NCBI RefSeq assembly: GCF_001457595.1
Contig: NZ_LN831039.1
Span: forward strand, 6,060,001 to 6,092,000
Length of the DNA: 32,000 nt
From: Mycolicibacterium smegmatis
Lineage (GTDB): Bacteria > Actinomycetota > Actinomycetes > Mycobacteriales > Mycobacteriaceae
Direction: 5' to 3'
Shown here: positions 22,216 through 31,445 of the stretch, piece by piece
Layout of the letters: each line of letters begins with the position of its first letter
How positions within the stretch are numbered: position 1 is the first letter of the stretch
Translations under genes and position numbers: made by a program
Notes under the pieces: model-generated
What the model saw: only the letters and a program-made list of their open reading frames with translations
Databases searched by the model: none
What the model was told of the DNA's origin: nothing

Positions 22216-22300
22216 CACGTCGGGCGGGAGACTTCGCGCGCCGAGATTGCATCCAGGGACAAAAAATCGCCCGGACGTGTCCCTCAGTGCAATCTCGGCG
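22216..22300. repeat. Copy 2 of the hairpin-forming direct repeat (~85 bp)
   Basis: CACGTCGGGCGGGAGA...GCGCCGAGATTGCATCCAGGGACAAAAAATCGCCCGGACGTGTCCCTCAGTGCAATCTCGGCG; 3 differences from copy 1 over the 63-nt core. Confidence 0.9.
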
Positions 22301-22329
22301 CGTCAAACGACAGCGGCACAGCCTGCAGA

Positions 22330-23118
22330 TCAGGCCCGCTGGCTGGACACCGAGACGACCTCTCCGGTCATGTAACTGGAGTAGTCACTCGCGAGGAAGG
22401 CGATGGTCGCCGCGACTTCCCACGGTTCGGCCGCGCGGCCGAACGCCTCGTCACTGGCCAGGCGGTCCAGCAGTTCCGAGGACGACGTCTTCTCCAGGAA
22501 CTTGTGCCGCGCGATGCTCGGCGACACGGCGTTGATGCGTACGCCGAACTCGACGGCCTCGATCGCGCTGCAGCGCGTCAGGGCCATGACACCGGCTTTC
22601 GCGGCCGCGTAGTGCGACTGCGAATGCTGTGCGCGCCAACCCAGCACGCTCGCGTTGTTGACGATGACACCGCCGTGGTCGACGCCGCGGAAGTACCGCA
22701 ACGCGGCCCGCGTGGCGCGCATGACCGAGGTGAGCGTGACGTTGAGGACGCGGTCCCACTCCTCGTCTGTCATGTCGACGACGGGTGTCTGCCCGCCCAG
22801 GCCGGCGTTGTTGACCAGCACATCCAGCCGTCCGGCCTTCTCGACGGTCTGGGTGATCAGCGCATCGACGGCCTCGGTGGAGGTCACGTCACACACGACG
22901 GCTTCGACACGTCCCAGGCCCAGGTCGGCCAGCTGATCGCGGGTCTCCCCCAGCCTGCGCTCGTGGTAGTCGGAGATCACCACGTCGGCACCCTCGAGCA
23001 GCGCACGCCGCGCGGTGGTCGAGCCGATGCCGGTACCGGCGGCGGCGGTCACCAGGACCACCTTGCCCTTCAGAAGACCGTGCCCGTCAATCTCTTTCGG
23101 GGCCTCCGACAGATTCAT
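22330..23118 (-). CDS. ipdF: Short-chain dehydrogenase IpdF (Rv3559c-like)
   Basis: MNLSEAPKEIDGHGLLKGKVVLVTAAAGTGIGSTTARRALLEGADVVISD...; YAAAKAGVMALT. Start ATG 23118, ATGA overlap with fadE30. Confidence 0.88.
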   Translation of the reverse strand: MNLSEAPKEIDGHGLLKGKVVLVTAAAGTGIGSTTARRALLEGADVVISDYHERRLGETRDQLADLGLGRVEAVVCDVTSTEAVDALITQTVEKAGRLDVLVNNAGLGGQTPVVDMTDEEWDRVLNVTLTSVMRATRAALRYFRGVDHGGVIVNNASVLGWRAQHSQSHYAAAKAGVMALTRCSAIEAVEFGVRINAVSPSIARHKFLEKTSSSELLDRLASDEAFGRAAEPWEVAATIAFLASDYSSYMTGEVVSVSSQRA

Positions 23119-24293
23119 CCCTTGACCTCTCGGGGTAGGCCGAGCACGCGCTCGGCGATGATGTTGCGCTGAATCTCGTTGGACCCGCCGTAGATGGTGT
23201 CCGCGCGGGAGAACAGGTAGAGCCGCTGCCACTCGTCGAACTCGCCGTTCTCGAGCGTGAGCCCGGCCATGCCCTGCACGTCCATGGCGATCTCGCCGAG
23301 TTCTCGATGCCAGTTGGCCCACAACAGCTTCGACACGTTGTCCTGCCCGGGCTGTTCCACATCCATGGTGGCCAGCGCATACGACCGCATGGCCTGCAGC
23401 CCGGTCCAGGATTGCACCAGCCGCTCGCGGATCAGCGGATCGTCGGCCGCGCCGGTGCGCTTGGCCAATTCGACCAGGTTGGAATGCTCGCGGGCATAAC
23501 GGATCTGCTGCCCGAGCGTGGACACGCCGCGCTCGAAGGTCAGCGTGCCCATCGCGACGCGCCAGCCGTCACCGGGCTGACCCACCACGAGGCCCGCCTC
23601 GGTGCGCGCGTCGTCGAAGAACACCTCGTTGAACTCGGAATCGCCGGTGAGCTGGTTGATGGGCCGGATCTCGACGCCGGGCTGATCGAGCGGCACCAAC
23701 AGATAGGACAACCCCGCGTGACGCTTGGAGCCCTTCTCGGTGCGGGCCACCACAAAGCACCACTGCGCCCAGTGCGCGAGCGACGTCCACACCTTCTGGC
23801 CGTTGATCACCCAGTACTGATTCCCCGTCGCTCCGCTCGCCTCAGCGTCGCCGACCAGCTCGGCCGTGGTCGACACGTTCGCCAGATCACTGCCCGCGTT
23901 GGGCTCGGAGTAACCCTGGCACCACAGCTCGGTGACGTCGAGGATCTTCGGGAGGAAGCGTTTCTGCTGCTCGGGGGTGCCGTACTCGATCAGCGTGGGA
24001 CCGAGCAGCTCCTCACCGAAGTGGTTGACCTTGTCCGGCGCGTTGGCGCGGGCGTACTCCTCATAGAACGCGACGCGGTGCGCAACCGAAAGCCCGCGGC
24101 CCCCGTGCTCGACGGGCCAGCCGAGGCAGGTCAGACCTGCCGCCGCCAGATGCTGATTCCACGCACGACGTTCCTCGAATGCCTCATGCTCCCGCCCGGG
24201 GCCGCCGAGTCCTTTGAGCGCGGCGAAATCGCCGACGAGATTGTCTGCGAGCCACTGCCGGACCTCGGCCCGGAACTCCTGGACCTCTATCAC
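23115..24293 (-). CDS. fadE30: Acyl-CoA dehydrogenase FadE30
   Basis: EVQEFRAEVRQWLADNLVGDFAALKGLGGPGREHEAFEERRAWNQHLAAAGLTCLGWPVEHGGRG...; GTG start supported by a -10 6 nt upstream. Confidence 0.9.
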   Translation of the reverse strand: MIEVQEFRAEVRQWLADNLVGDFAALKGLGGPGREHEAFEERRAWNQHLAAAGLTCLGWPVEHGGRGLSVAHRVAFYEEYARANAPDKVNHFGEELLGPTLIEYGTPEQQKRFLPKILDVTELWCQGYSEPNAGSDLANVSTTAELVGDAEASGATGNQYWVINGQKVWTSLAHWAQWCFVVARTEKGSKRHAGLSYLLVPLDQPGVEIRPINQLTGDSEFNEVFFDDARTEAGLVVGQPGDGWRVAMGTLTFERGVSTLGQQIRYAREHSNLVELAKRTGAADDPLIRERLVQSWTGLQAMRSYALATMDVEQPGQDNVSKLLWANWHRELGEIAMDVQGMAGLTLENGEFDEWQRLYLFSRADTIYGGSNEIQRNIIAERVLGLPREVKG

Positions 24294-24299
24294 CCTTGT

Positions 24300-24305
24300 A
24301 GGCTA
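24300..24305 (-). promoter_or_regulatory. Candidate -10 (TAGCCT) for leaderless fadE30-ipdF transcript
   Basis: TAnnnT on the minus strand, 6 nt before GTG 24293. Confidence 0.5.
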
Positions 24306-24309
24306 ACCT

Positions 24310-24323
24310 ACCAAGCACTTGCT
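24310..24323. promoter_or_regulatory. KstR2-type operator in the fadE30 / fadD3 divergent region
   Basis: ACCAAGCACTTGCT matches AnCAAGnnCTTGnT exactly; identical 14-mer to the kstR2 operator. Confidence 0.9.
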
Positions 24324-24341
24324 TTGTTAGAGGAGCACCTG

Positions 24342-25895
24342 ATGACGAGCGCCGTTGGTCACGCGTGCAGCGACCGGGGGGTCAGAACCGTTCCAGCGGT
24401 GCTGGACCGGATCGCTGCGCAGTTCCCCGACCACGACGCCGTGGTCTGCCCCGATCGTCGGTTGACCTATGCGCAGTTGCGCGACGAGGTCCGCCGCGCG
24501 GCCGCGGCGATGATCACCCTGGGCGTCGAACCCGGCGATCGGATCGCCATCTGGTCGCCGAACACCTGGCACTGGGTGGTGGCGAGCCTGGCCACGCACT
24601 ATGCCGGCGGCGTCGTCGTCCCGCTGAACACGCGCTACACCGCGAGCGAGGCCACCGACATCCTCCTACGCACGGGCGCGCCATTGTTGATCGCGTCCGG
24701 CAAGTTCCTGGGCGCCGACAAGACAGCCGATCTGGACCGCGCCACGCTGCCCGCGCTGCGGCACATCGTGCGTGTGCCGATCGACGAAAACGACGGCACC
24801 TGGGACGAATTCATCGCGCGTGCCGACGACGCGACGCTGGCCGAGGTCGACGCCCGCGCTGCCGCGGTGTCGCCCGACGACGTCTCCGACATCCTGTTCA
24901 CCTCCGGCACCACGGGCCGCAGCAAGGGTGTGCGCTGTGCGCACCGGCAGTCGCTCGACGGTTCGGCGGCGTGGGCCGAATGCGGCCAGGTCAGCAGCAC
25001 CGACCGCTACCTGTGCATCAACCCGTTCTTCCACAACTTCGGGTACAAGGCCGGGATCCTGGCATGCCTGCAGACCGGCGCGACTCTCTACCCGATGCTG
25101 ACGTTCGACCCCGAGCAGACGATGAAAGCGGTTGCCGAGCACAAGATCACGGTGCTGCCGGGCCCGCCGACCATCTACCAGACACTGCTCGACCACCCGC
25201 GCCGCGGCGACTACGACCTGAGTTCGTTGCGGTTCGCGGTGACCGGCGCTGCCGTGGTTCCTGTGGTGCTCATCGAGCGCATGCAGTCCGAACTCGACAT
25301 CGACATCGTGCTCACCGCCTACGGGCTGACCGAGGCCGCCGGGTTCGGCACGATGTGCCGCCCCGACGACGACGCGGTCACCGTCGCCACCACGTGCGGC
25401 CGGCCGATCGCCGATTTCGAACTGCGCCTCGATGATTCGGGCGAGGTGCTTTTGCGCGGGCCCAACGTGATGCTCGGTTACCTCGACGACGAGGCGGCCA
25501 CAGCCGCGGCGATCGACGCCGACGGGTGGCTGCACACCGGTGACATCGGCAAGCTCGACGCCGCGGGCAACCTCACCATCACCGATCGGCTCAAGGACAT
25601 GTACATCTGCGGCGGGTTCAACGTGTACCCCGCCGAGATCGAGCAGGTCCTCGCGCGCCTGGACGGTGTGGCCGAGTCCGCGGTGATCGGTGTGCCCGAC
25701 GAACGCCTCGGCGAGGTGGGCAAGGCGTTCGTCGTCGCCAAACCCGGCGCACAATTGGACCAGGCCACCGTGATCGCCTATGCCCGTGAGCATCTGGCGA
25801 ACTTCAAGGTGCCACGATCGGTCGAGTTCCTGGACGCGCTGCCACGCAATCCGGGTGGGAAAGTGGTCAAGCCGGCCCTACGGGAGAAGGTGTGA
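24342..25895 (+). CDS. fadD3: HIP-CoA synthetase FadD3 (acyl-CoA ligase)
   Basis: AMP-binding motif LFTSGTTGRSKGV, GWLHTGDIGKLD, NPGGKVVKPALR; ATG 24342 with upstream AGGAG. Track ORF start 23307 is an artefact. Confidence 0.93.
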   Translation: MTSAVGHACSDRGVRTVPAVLDRIAAQFPDHDAVVCPDRRLTYAQLRDEVRRAAAAMITLGVEPGDRIAIWSPNTWHWVVASLATHYAGGVVVPLNTRYTASEATDILLRTGAPLLIASGKFLGADKTADLDRATLPALRHIVRVPIDENDGTWDEFIARADDATLAEVDARAAAVSPDDVSDILFTSGTTGRSKGVRCAHRQSLDGSAAWAECGQVSSTDRYLCINPFFHNFGYKAGILACLQTGATLYPMLTFDPEQTMKAVAEHKITVLPGPPTIYQTLLDHPRRGDYDLSSLRFAVTGAAVVPVVLIERMQSELDIDIVLTAYGLTEAAGFGTMCRPDDDAVTVATTCGRPIADFELRLDDSGEVLLRGPNVMLGYLDDEAATAAAIDADGWLHTGDIGKLDAAGNLTITDRLKDMYICGGFNVYPAEIEQVLARLDGVAESAVIGVPDERLGEVGKAFVVAKPGAQLDQATVIAYAREHLANFKVPRSVEFLDALPRNPGGKVVKPALREKV

Positions 25896-27037
25896 TGGAC
25901 CTGAAGTTCGACGAGGAGACCGAGGCCTTTCGGGCCGAGGTCCGCGAATTCCTCGCCGCCAACCGGGAGAATTTCCCGACGAAGTCGTACGACACCAAGG
26001 AAGGTTTCGAACAGCACCGCCGCTGGGACAAGGTGCTTTTCGACGCGGGCCTGTCGGTGATCGCGTGGCCGAAGAAATACGGCGGCCGCGACGCGACGCT
26101 GCTGCAATGGGTGGTGTTCGAGGAGGAGTACTTCCGCGCCGGCGCCCCCGGCCGCGCCAGCGCCAACGGCACCTCGATGCTCGCGCCGACGCTGTTCGCC
26201 CACGGCACCGAGGAACAACTCGACCGTGTGCTTCCGAAAATGGCCAGTGGCGAGGAGATCTGGGCCCAGGCCTGGTCGGAACCCGAATCCGGTAGCGACC
26301 TTGCGTCGCTGCGGTCGACGGCCACCAAGACCGACGGCGGCTGGCTGCTCAACGGGCAGAAGATCTGGAGCTCGCGTGCGGTGTTCGGCGAGCGCGGCTT
26401 CGGGTTGTTCCGGTCTGATCCCGAGGCGCAGCGCCACAAGGGCCTGACCTACTTCATGTTCGACCTCAAGGCCGAAGGCGTCACGGTGCGGCCGATCGCG
26501 CAGCTCGGCGGCGACACCGGGTTCGGCGAGATCTTCTTCGACGACGTGTTCGTGCCCGACAACGACGTGATCGGCGGGGTGCACGACGGCTGGCGGGCCG
26601 CGATGAGCACGTCAAGCAACGAGCGCGGCATGTCGCTGCGCAGCCCGGCGCGCTTCCTGGCCCCGGCCGAGCGCCTGGTCGAACGGTGGAAAGAAAACCC
26701 CGATCCGGCGTTCACCGATCGGGTCGCGGACGCGTGGATCAAGGCCCAGGCCTATCGGCTGCACACGTTCGGGACCGTCACGCGGCTGGCGAACGGTGGT
26801 GAGCTGGGCGCCGAATCGTCGGTGACCAAGGTGTTCTGGTCGGATCTCGACGTGGCGCTGCACCAGACCGCGCTGGACCTGGCGGGTGCCGACGGCGAGC
26901 TGGTGGGCAACTGGACCGACGGTCTGCTGTTCGCGCTGGGTGGTCCGATCTACGCGGGCACCAACGAGATCCAGCGCAACATCATCGCCGAACGGCTGCT
27001 TGGCCTGCCGCGCGAATCTGCGGGAAAGAGCAAATGA
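25895..27037 (+). CDS. fadE31: Acyl-CoA dehydrogenase FadE31
   Basis: MDLKFDEETEAFRAEVREFLAANRENFPTKSYDTKEGFEQHRRW...; AWSEPESGSDLASLRSTA; ATG overlaps the fadD3 stop. Confidence 0.9.
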   Translation: MDLKFDEETEAFRAEVREFLAANRENFPTKSYDTKEGFEQHRRWDKVLFDAGLSVIAWPKKYGGRDATLLQWVVFEEEYFRAGAPGRASANGTSMLAPTLFAHGTEEQLDRVLPKMASGEEIWAQAWSEPESGSDLASLRSTATKTDGGWLLNGQKIWSSRAVFGERGFGLFRSDPEAQRHKGLTYFMFDLKAEGVTVRPIAQLGGDTGFGEIFFDDVFVPDNDVIGGVHDGWRAAMSTSSNERGMSLRSPARFLAPAERLVERWKENPDPAFTDRVADAWIKAQAYRLHTFGTVTRLANGGELGAESSVTKVFWSDLDVALHQTALDLAGADGELVGNWTDGLLFALGGPIYAGTNEIQRNIIAERLLGLPRESAGKSK

Positions 27038-27990
27038 ACTTCGAAACCGACGAACAGCAGCGGGATTTCGCCGCGAGCATCGACGCCGCGCTCGGCGCCG
27101 CCGACGTGCCCGCCGCGGTCCGCGCGTGGGGTGAGGGTGACACCGCGCCGGGCCGCAAGGTCTGGGCACAGCTGACCGATCTCGGGGTGACCGCGCTGCT
27201 GGTCCCCGAGAAGTTCGACGGCATCGAGGCCCACCCGACCGATCTGGTGGTCGCGCTCGAGCGGCTCGGCTACTGGGGTGTGCCCGGACCGGTCACCGAA
27301 TCCATCGCCGTCGCGCCCATTCTCCTGGCCGACGACGAGCGCTGCGGTGCGCTGGCCTCGGGTGAGCTGATCGCCACGGTGGCGCTGCCGCCGCAGGTGC
27401 CTCGCGCCGTCGACGCCGACACCGCGGGCCTGATCCTTCTGGCGCAGGACGGGCAGGTGCACGACGGCAGCGCGGGAGCAAGCCACGAATCCGTCGACCC
27501 CACGCGCAAGCTGTTCGACGTCGCGGCGTCCGGCGACGCCCGTACTGCCGACACCGCCACGGCCTACGAGTTCGGCGTGCTGGCCACGGCCGCCCAGTTG
27601 GTGGGTGCCGGTCAGGCGATGCTCGACCAGGCCGTCGAATATGCCAAGCAGCGCACGCAATTCGGCCGCGTCATCGGGTCCTACCAGGCCATCAAGCACA
27701 AGCTGGCCGATGTCCACATCGCCGTCGAATTGGCCCGCCCGCTGGTGTACGGCGCGGCGCTGTCGCTGGCCGACGGCTCATCTGACACCGCCCGCGACGT
27801 GAGCGCAGCCAAGGTGGCTGCCGCGGACGCGGCGCTACTGGCCGCCAGGTCGGCCCTGCAAACCCACGGCGCGATCGGGTTCACGCAGGAACACGACCTG
27901 TCGTTGTTGTTGCTGCGGGTGCAGGCTTTGCGCCCGGCTTGGGGGGATCCGGCGCTACACCGCCGCAGAGTACTGGAGGGCCTGTCGTGA
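27034..27990 (+). CDS. fadE32: Acyl-CoA dehydrogenase family subunit FadE32
   Basis: MNFETDEQQRDFAASIDAALGAADVPAAVRAWGEGD...; operon context, ATGA overlap with fadE31. Confidence 0.88.
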   Translation: MNFETDEQQRDFAASIDAALGAADVPAAVRAWGEGDTAPGRKVWAQLTDLGVTALLVPEKFDGIEAHPTDLVVALERLGYWGVPGPVTESIAVAPILLADDERCGALASGELIATVALPPQVPRAVDADTAGLILLAQDGQVHDGSAGASHESVDPTRKLFDVAASGDARTADTATAYEFGVLATAAQLVGAGQAMLDQAVEYAKQRTQFGRVIGSYQAIKHKLADVHIAVELARPLVYGAALSLADGSSDTARDVSAAKVAAADAALLAARSALQTHGAIGFTQEHDLSLLLLRVQALRPAWGDPALHRRRVLEGLS

Positions 27991-28922
27991 GTGAAGAACG
28001 CGAACTACTACGCGAGACCGTCGCCGCGTTGGTGGAGAAACACGCATCGCCGGAGGCGGTGCGTGCGGCGATGGAATCCGAGCTGGGCTATGACCCTAAC
28101 CTGTGGCGCCTGTTGTGCGAGCAGGTCGGCGCCGCAGCGCTGGTGATCCCCGAGGAGTTCGGCGGCGCCGGCGGCGAACTGGCCGATGCCGCAGTGGTTC
28201 TGGAAGAGCTGGGCAAGGCCCTGGTGCCGACGCCGCTGCTGGGCACCACGCTCGCCGAGATCGCGCTGCTGTCCGTGGGACGCACCGAACCGCTCGAAGA
28301 GCTCGCCGAGGGCGCCAAGATCGGGACCGTGGTGTTCAACCCCGAGTTCGTGATCAACGGCGACATCGCAGACATCATGATCGCCGCCGATGGTGAAACC
28401 CTCACGCAGTGGGACACTTTCACCGCGCAGCCCAAGCCCACCATGGACATGACGCGTCGTCTCGCGTCGGTGATTCCCGGCGCGACCACGACGCTCGGTG
28501 ACGACCAGGGCCTTGCAGACACCGCGGCGCTGCTCATGGCCGCCGAGCAGATCGGTGCGGCGTCGCGATGCCTGGACCTGACCGTCGCCTACAGCAAGGA
28601 CCGTGTGCAGTTCGGCAGGCCGATCGGCAGCTTCCAGGCGCTCAAGCACCGCATGGCAGACCTGTACGTCAAGGTCGCCTCGGCACGCGCCGTCGTGCAC
28701 GATTCCATCGCGACCCCGTCATCGACGTCGGCCGCGCTGGCACGTTACTTCGCCAGCGAGGCACTGTCGGCGGTGACCTCGGAGGCCGTCCAGATCCACG
28801 GCGGTATCGCGATCACGTGGGAACACGACATTCAGCTGTACTTCAAGCGTGCCCACGGCAGCGCCCAGCTGCTCGGCCCGCCGCGTGAGCAGCTGCGCCG
28901 GCTCGAAGCCGAGGTGTTCTGA
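27987..28922 (+). CDS. fadE33: Acyl-CoA dehydrogenase family subunit FadE33
   Basis: (M)SEERELLRETVAALVEKHASPEAVRAAMESELGYDPNLWRLLCEQVGAAALVIPEEFGG...; GTG overlaps the fadE32 stop. Confidence 0.88.
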   Translation: MSEERELLRETVAALVEKHASPEAVRAAMESELGYDPNLWRLLCEQVGAAALVIPEEFGGAGGELADAAVVLEELGKALVPTPLLGTTLAEIALLSVGRTEPLEELAEGAKIGTVVFNPEFVINGDIADIMIAADGETLTQWDTFTAQPKPTMDMTRRLASVIPGATTTLGDDQGLADTAALLMAAEQIGAASRCLDLTVAYSKDRVQFGRPIGSFQALKHRMADLYVKVASARAVVHDSIATPSSTSAALARYFASEALSAVTSEAVQIHGGIAITWEHDIQLYFKRAHGSAQLLGPPREQLRRLEAEVF

Positions 28923-28948
28923 AGTCCACGTGATCTAGCGTGGGTGAG

Positions 28949-30109
28949 ATGAACGACCGCGTCGCACTTCGGGCAGGGGTTCCACCGTTCTACGTGATGG
29001 ACGTGTGGCAGGCCGCGGCCGAACGCCAGCGCACCCACGGTGACCTGGTCAATCTGTCCGCGGGCCAGCCGAGTGCGGGAGCCCCTGCCCCGGTGCGCGA
29101 CGCGGCCGCCGCAGCACTCGGCCGCAACCAGCTCGGCTACACCGTCGCACTGGGCATCCCCGAGTTGCGGGAGCAGATCGCGCAGACCTACCACACCCGT
29201 CACGACATCGACGTCGGTGTCGACGACGTCGTGTTGACCACGGGATCATCGGGCGGGTTCCTGCTGACGTTCCTGGCGTGTTTCGACGTGGGTGACCGCG
29301 TGGCGATCACGAGCCCCGGCTACCCCTGCTACCGCAACATCCTGTCCGCGCTGGGGTGTGAGGTCGTGGAGATCCCGTGCGGCCCCGAGACCCGGTTCCA
29401 GCCGACCGCCGCGATGCTGGAGGCGCTCGATCCCCCGGTGCAGGGGGTGATCGTCGCAAGCCCGGCCAACCCCACGGGCACCGTGATCGCACCCGAGGAA
29501 CTGGCGGCCATCGCGCGGTGGTGCGACGCGTCGGGGGCGCGCCTGGTCAGTGACGAGATCTACCACGGCCTGGTGTACGAGGGCGCCCCGGAGACCACAT
29601 GCGCATGGGAGACGTCGCGAAATGCCGTGGTGGTCAACAGCTTCTCGAAGTACTTCGCGATGACGGGCTGGCGACTGGGCTGGCTGCTGGTGCCGGAGAA
29701 GCTGCGTCGCGCGGTCGACTGCCTGACCGGCAACTTCACGATCTGCCCGCCCGCGCTGGCGCAGTACGCGGCGCTGGCCGCGTTCACGCCCGAGTCACTG
29801 GCCGAGGCCGAGGGTCTGCTGACGCACTACGCCGAGAACCGCCACCTGCTGCTCAACGGTCTGCGCGGCCTGGGCATCGACAAGTTGGCCCCCACCGACG
29901 GTGCGTTCTACGTGTACGCCGACGTCAGCAAGTACACCGACAACTCGCTGCAGTTCTGCGAGAAGTTGTTGAACGACACAGGAGTTGCCATCGCACCGGG
30001 TATCGACTTCGACACCGTGCGAGGCAACTCCTATGTCCGGCTGTCGTTCGCGGGCCCGACGCACGACATCGAGGAGGCGCTGCGGCGCATCGGGCCCTGG
30101 CTCGGCTAG
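28949..30109 (+). CDS. PLP-dependent aminotransferase (AspB/Rv3565-like, class I/II)
   Basis: MNDRVALRAGVPPFYVMDVWQAAAERQRTHGDLVNLSAGQPSAGAPAPV...; PLP-lysine motif VVNSFSKYFAMTGWRLGW. Confidence 0.87.
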   Translation: MNDRVALRAGVPPFYVMDVWQAAAERQRTHGDLVNLSAGQPSAGAPAPVRDAAAAALGRNQLGYTVALGIPELREQIAQTYHTRHDIDVGVDDVVLTTGSSGGFLLTFLACFDVGDRVAITSPGYPCYRNILSALGCEVVEIPCGPETRFQPTAAMLEALDPPVQGVIVASPANPTGTVIAPEELAAIARWCDASGARLVSDEIYHGLVYEGAPETTCAWETSRNAVVVNSFSKYFAMTGWRLGWLLVPEKLRRAVDCLTGNFTICPPALAQYAALAAFTPESLAEAEGLLTHYAENRHLLLNGLRGLGIDKLAPTDGAFYVYADVSKYTDNSLQFCEKLLNDTGVAIAPGIDFDTVRGNSYVRLSFAGPTHDIEEALRRIGPWLG

Positions 30110-30117
30110 TTACCGGC

Positions 30118-31404
30118 TTAAAGTCCTGTGGCCGAACGTCTCCGGCGCGAGATCGCGTCCACACCCGCGGCCAGCAGCAGCACGCCACCGGTGACCAGGA
30201 AGTTGATGTAGGACGACTGGTTGAGCAGGCCCAGCCCGTTGGCGATGGTCGCGACCACCACGCCACCGATCACCGCGTCGAGGGCGCGGCCCTTACCGCC
30301 GAACAGGCTGGTGCCACCGATCACGGCCGCGCCCACCGCGTACAGCAGCGTGTTGCCCGCGCCCGAGGATGCCGACACCTTGCCCGCGTACGACGCCGCG
30401 ATGATTCCGCTCAGTGCCGCGAGCGACGAGCACGCGATGAACGCCGTAACCCTGATGCGGTCCACCGAGATACCCGCGCGGCGCGCGGCCTCGGCGTTGC
30501 CGCCGACGGCGTAGATGTGCCTGCCGTACGCCGTGCGGCGCAGCAGCACCGTCATTCCGATGAGCAACAGCAGGATCAGCGGCAGCACATAAGGGATGCC
30601 GCGGATCTCCACGCGAGGATTCACGCTGCGGTTGACGCTGAGCACGAACGTCACACCGAGAACCACGACGGCCACGGCGATCGCGCGGGCGACCACCACA
30701 CCGAGCGGCGAATGCGTCAGCTGCAGGGCCTTCTTGCGTCGGTAGTTGTAGATCTCCAGGCCCGCGAACGCGAGCACCACCACCAGCGCGATCGTCCAGC
30801 CCACGGCCACAGGAAGATTCGCGATCGTGAGCCCGCGGATCACCGGGTTGTCGACGCGGACCGAACCGCCCTCACCGATGAGTTTGAGCGTCACGCCCTG
30901 CAACCCGAGGAAGAACGCCAGGGTGACGACGAACGACGGGATACCGAGTTTGGCGCGCAGCACGCCGATGATCAGGCCGATCACGGCGCCACAGGCGATG
31001 GCGACCAGCACCGCGGCCCACCACGGCCAGCCCAGGTTCACCACGGCCAGCGCCATCGCACACGCCGCCACACCGCCTGCCACACCGGCGGACAAATCGA
31101 TGTCGCCGAGCAGCAGGACGAACACCAGACCCATCGCGAGCACACAGATGGATCCGGCCTGGGTGATGAGGTTGGCCAGGTTCAGCGCCGACAGGAAGCG
31201 GTCGTTGGCCAGGCCGAACACGACGAACAGCACGACCAGACCAAGGACGGCGGGCAGCGAGCCCATGTCGCCGCCCCGCACGCGCTGGGCGTAGCTGCGG
31301 ACCGCGTCGCCGAACGTCTGATCGGACCTGGTGTCGCCGGCGAAGCCGCCGGCGTCGGGTTGTTCACTGGCAGTTGGTTTCTCAGATGGTGCCTGAATGC
31401 TCAT
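30118..31404 (-). CDS. Sugar-type ABC transporter permease (XylH/RbsC-like)
   Basis: LLLGDIDLSAGVAGGVAACAMAL; GRHIYAVGGNAEAARRAGISVDRIRVTAFIACSSLAALSGII; GGTSLFGGKGRALDAVIGG. Start ATG 31404, possibly GTG 31437. Confidence 0.88.
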   Translation of the reverse strand: MSIQAPSEKPTASEQPDAGGFAGDTRSDQTFGDAVRSYAQRVRGGDMGSLPAVLGLVVLFVVFGLANDRFLSALNLANLITQAGSICVLAMGLVFVLLLGDIDLSAGVAGGVAACAMALAVVNLGWPWWAAVLVAIACGAVIGLIIGVLRAKLGIPSFVVTLAFFLGLQGVTLKLIGEGGSVRVDNPVIRGLTIANLPVAVGWTIALVVVLAFAGLEIYNYRRKKALQLTHSPLGVVVARAIAVAVVVLGVTFVLSVNRSVNPRVEIRGIPYVLPLILLLLIGMTVLLRRTAYGRHIYAVGGNAEAARRAGISVDRIRVTAFIACSSLAALSGIIAASYAGKVSASSGAGNTLLYAVGAAVIGGTSLFGGKGRALDAVIGGVVVATIANGLGLLNQSSYINFLVTGGVLLLAAGVDAISRRRRSATGL

Positions 31405-31445
31405 CTCGCGGTCTTTCGAATTCGTATCGGTGTTCACAACCGCTC

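Noticed and set aside
21907-23172. 421-aa plus-strand ORF spanning repeat copy 2 and antisense to ipdF
   Set aside because: Runs through the repeat and opposite a clear SDR; low-complexity Arg/Ser/Pro-rich sequence without domain features.
23307-24341. N-terminal extension of the fadD3 ORF
   Set aside because: Antisense to fadE30 and across the KstR2 operator; ligase-like sequence begins at ATG 24342, preceded by AGGAG.
30110-30117. Possible terminator between the convergent aminotransferase and ABC permease genes
   Set aside because: Only 8 bp separate the stops and no stem-loop with a U tract was evident.
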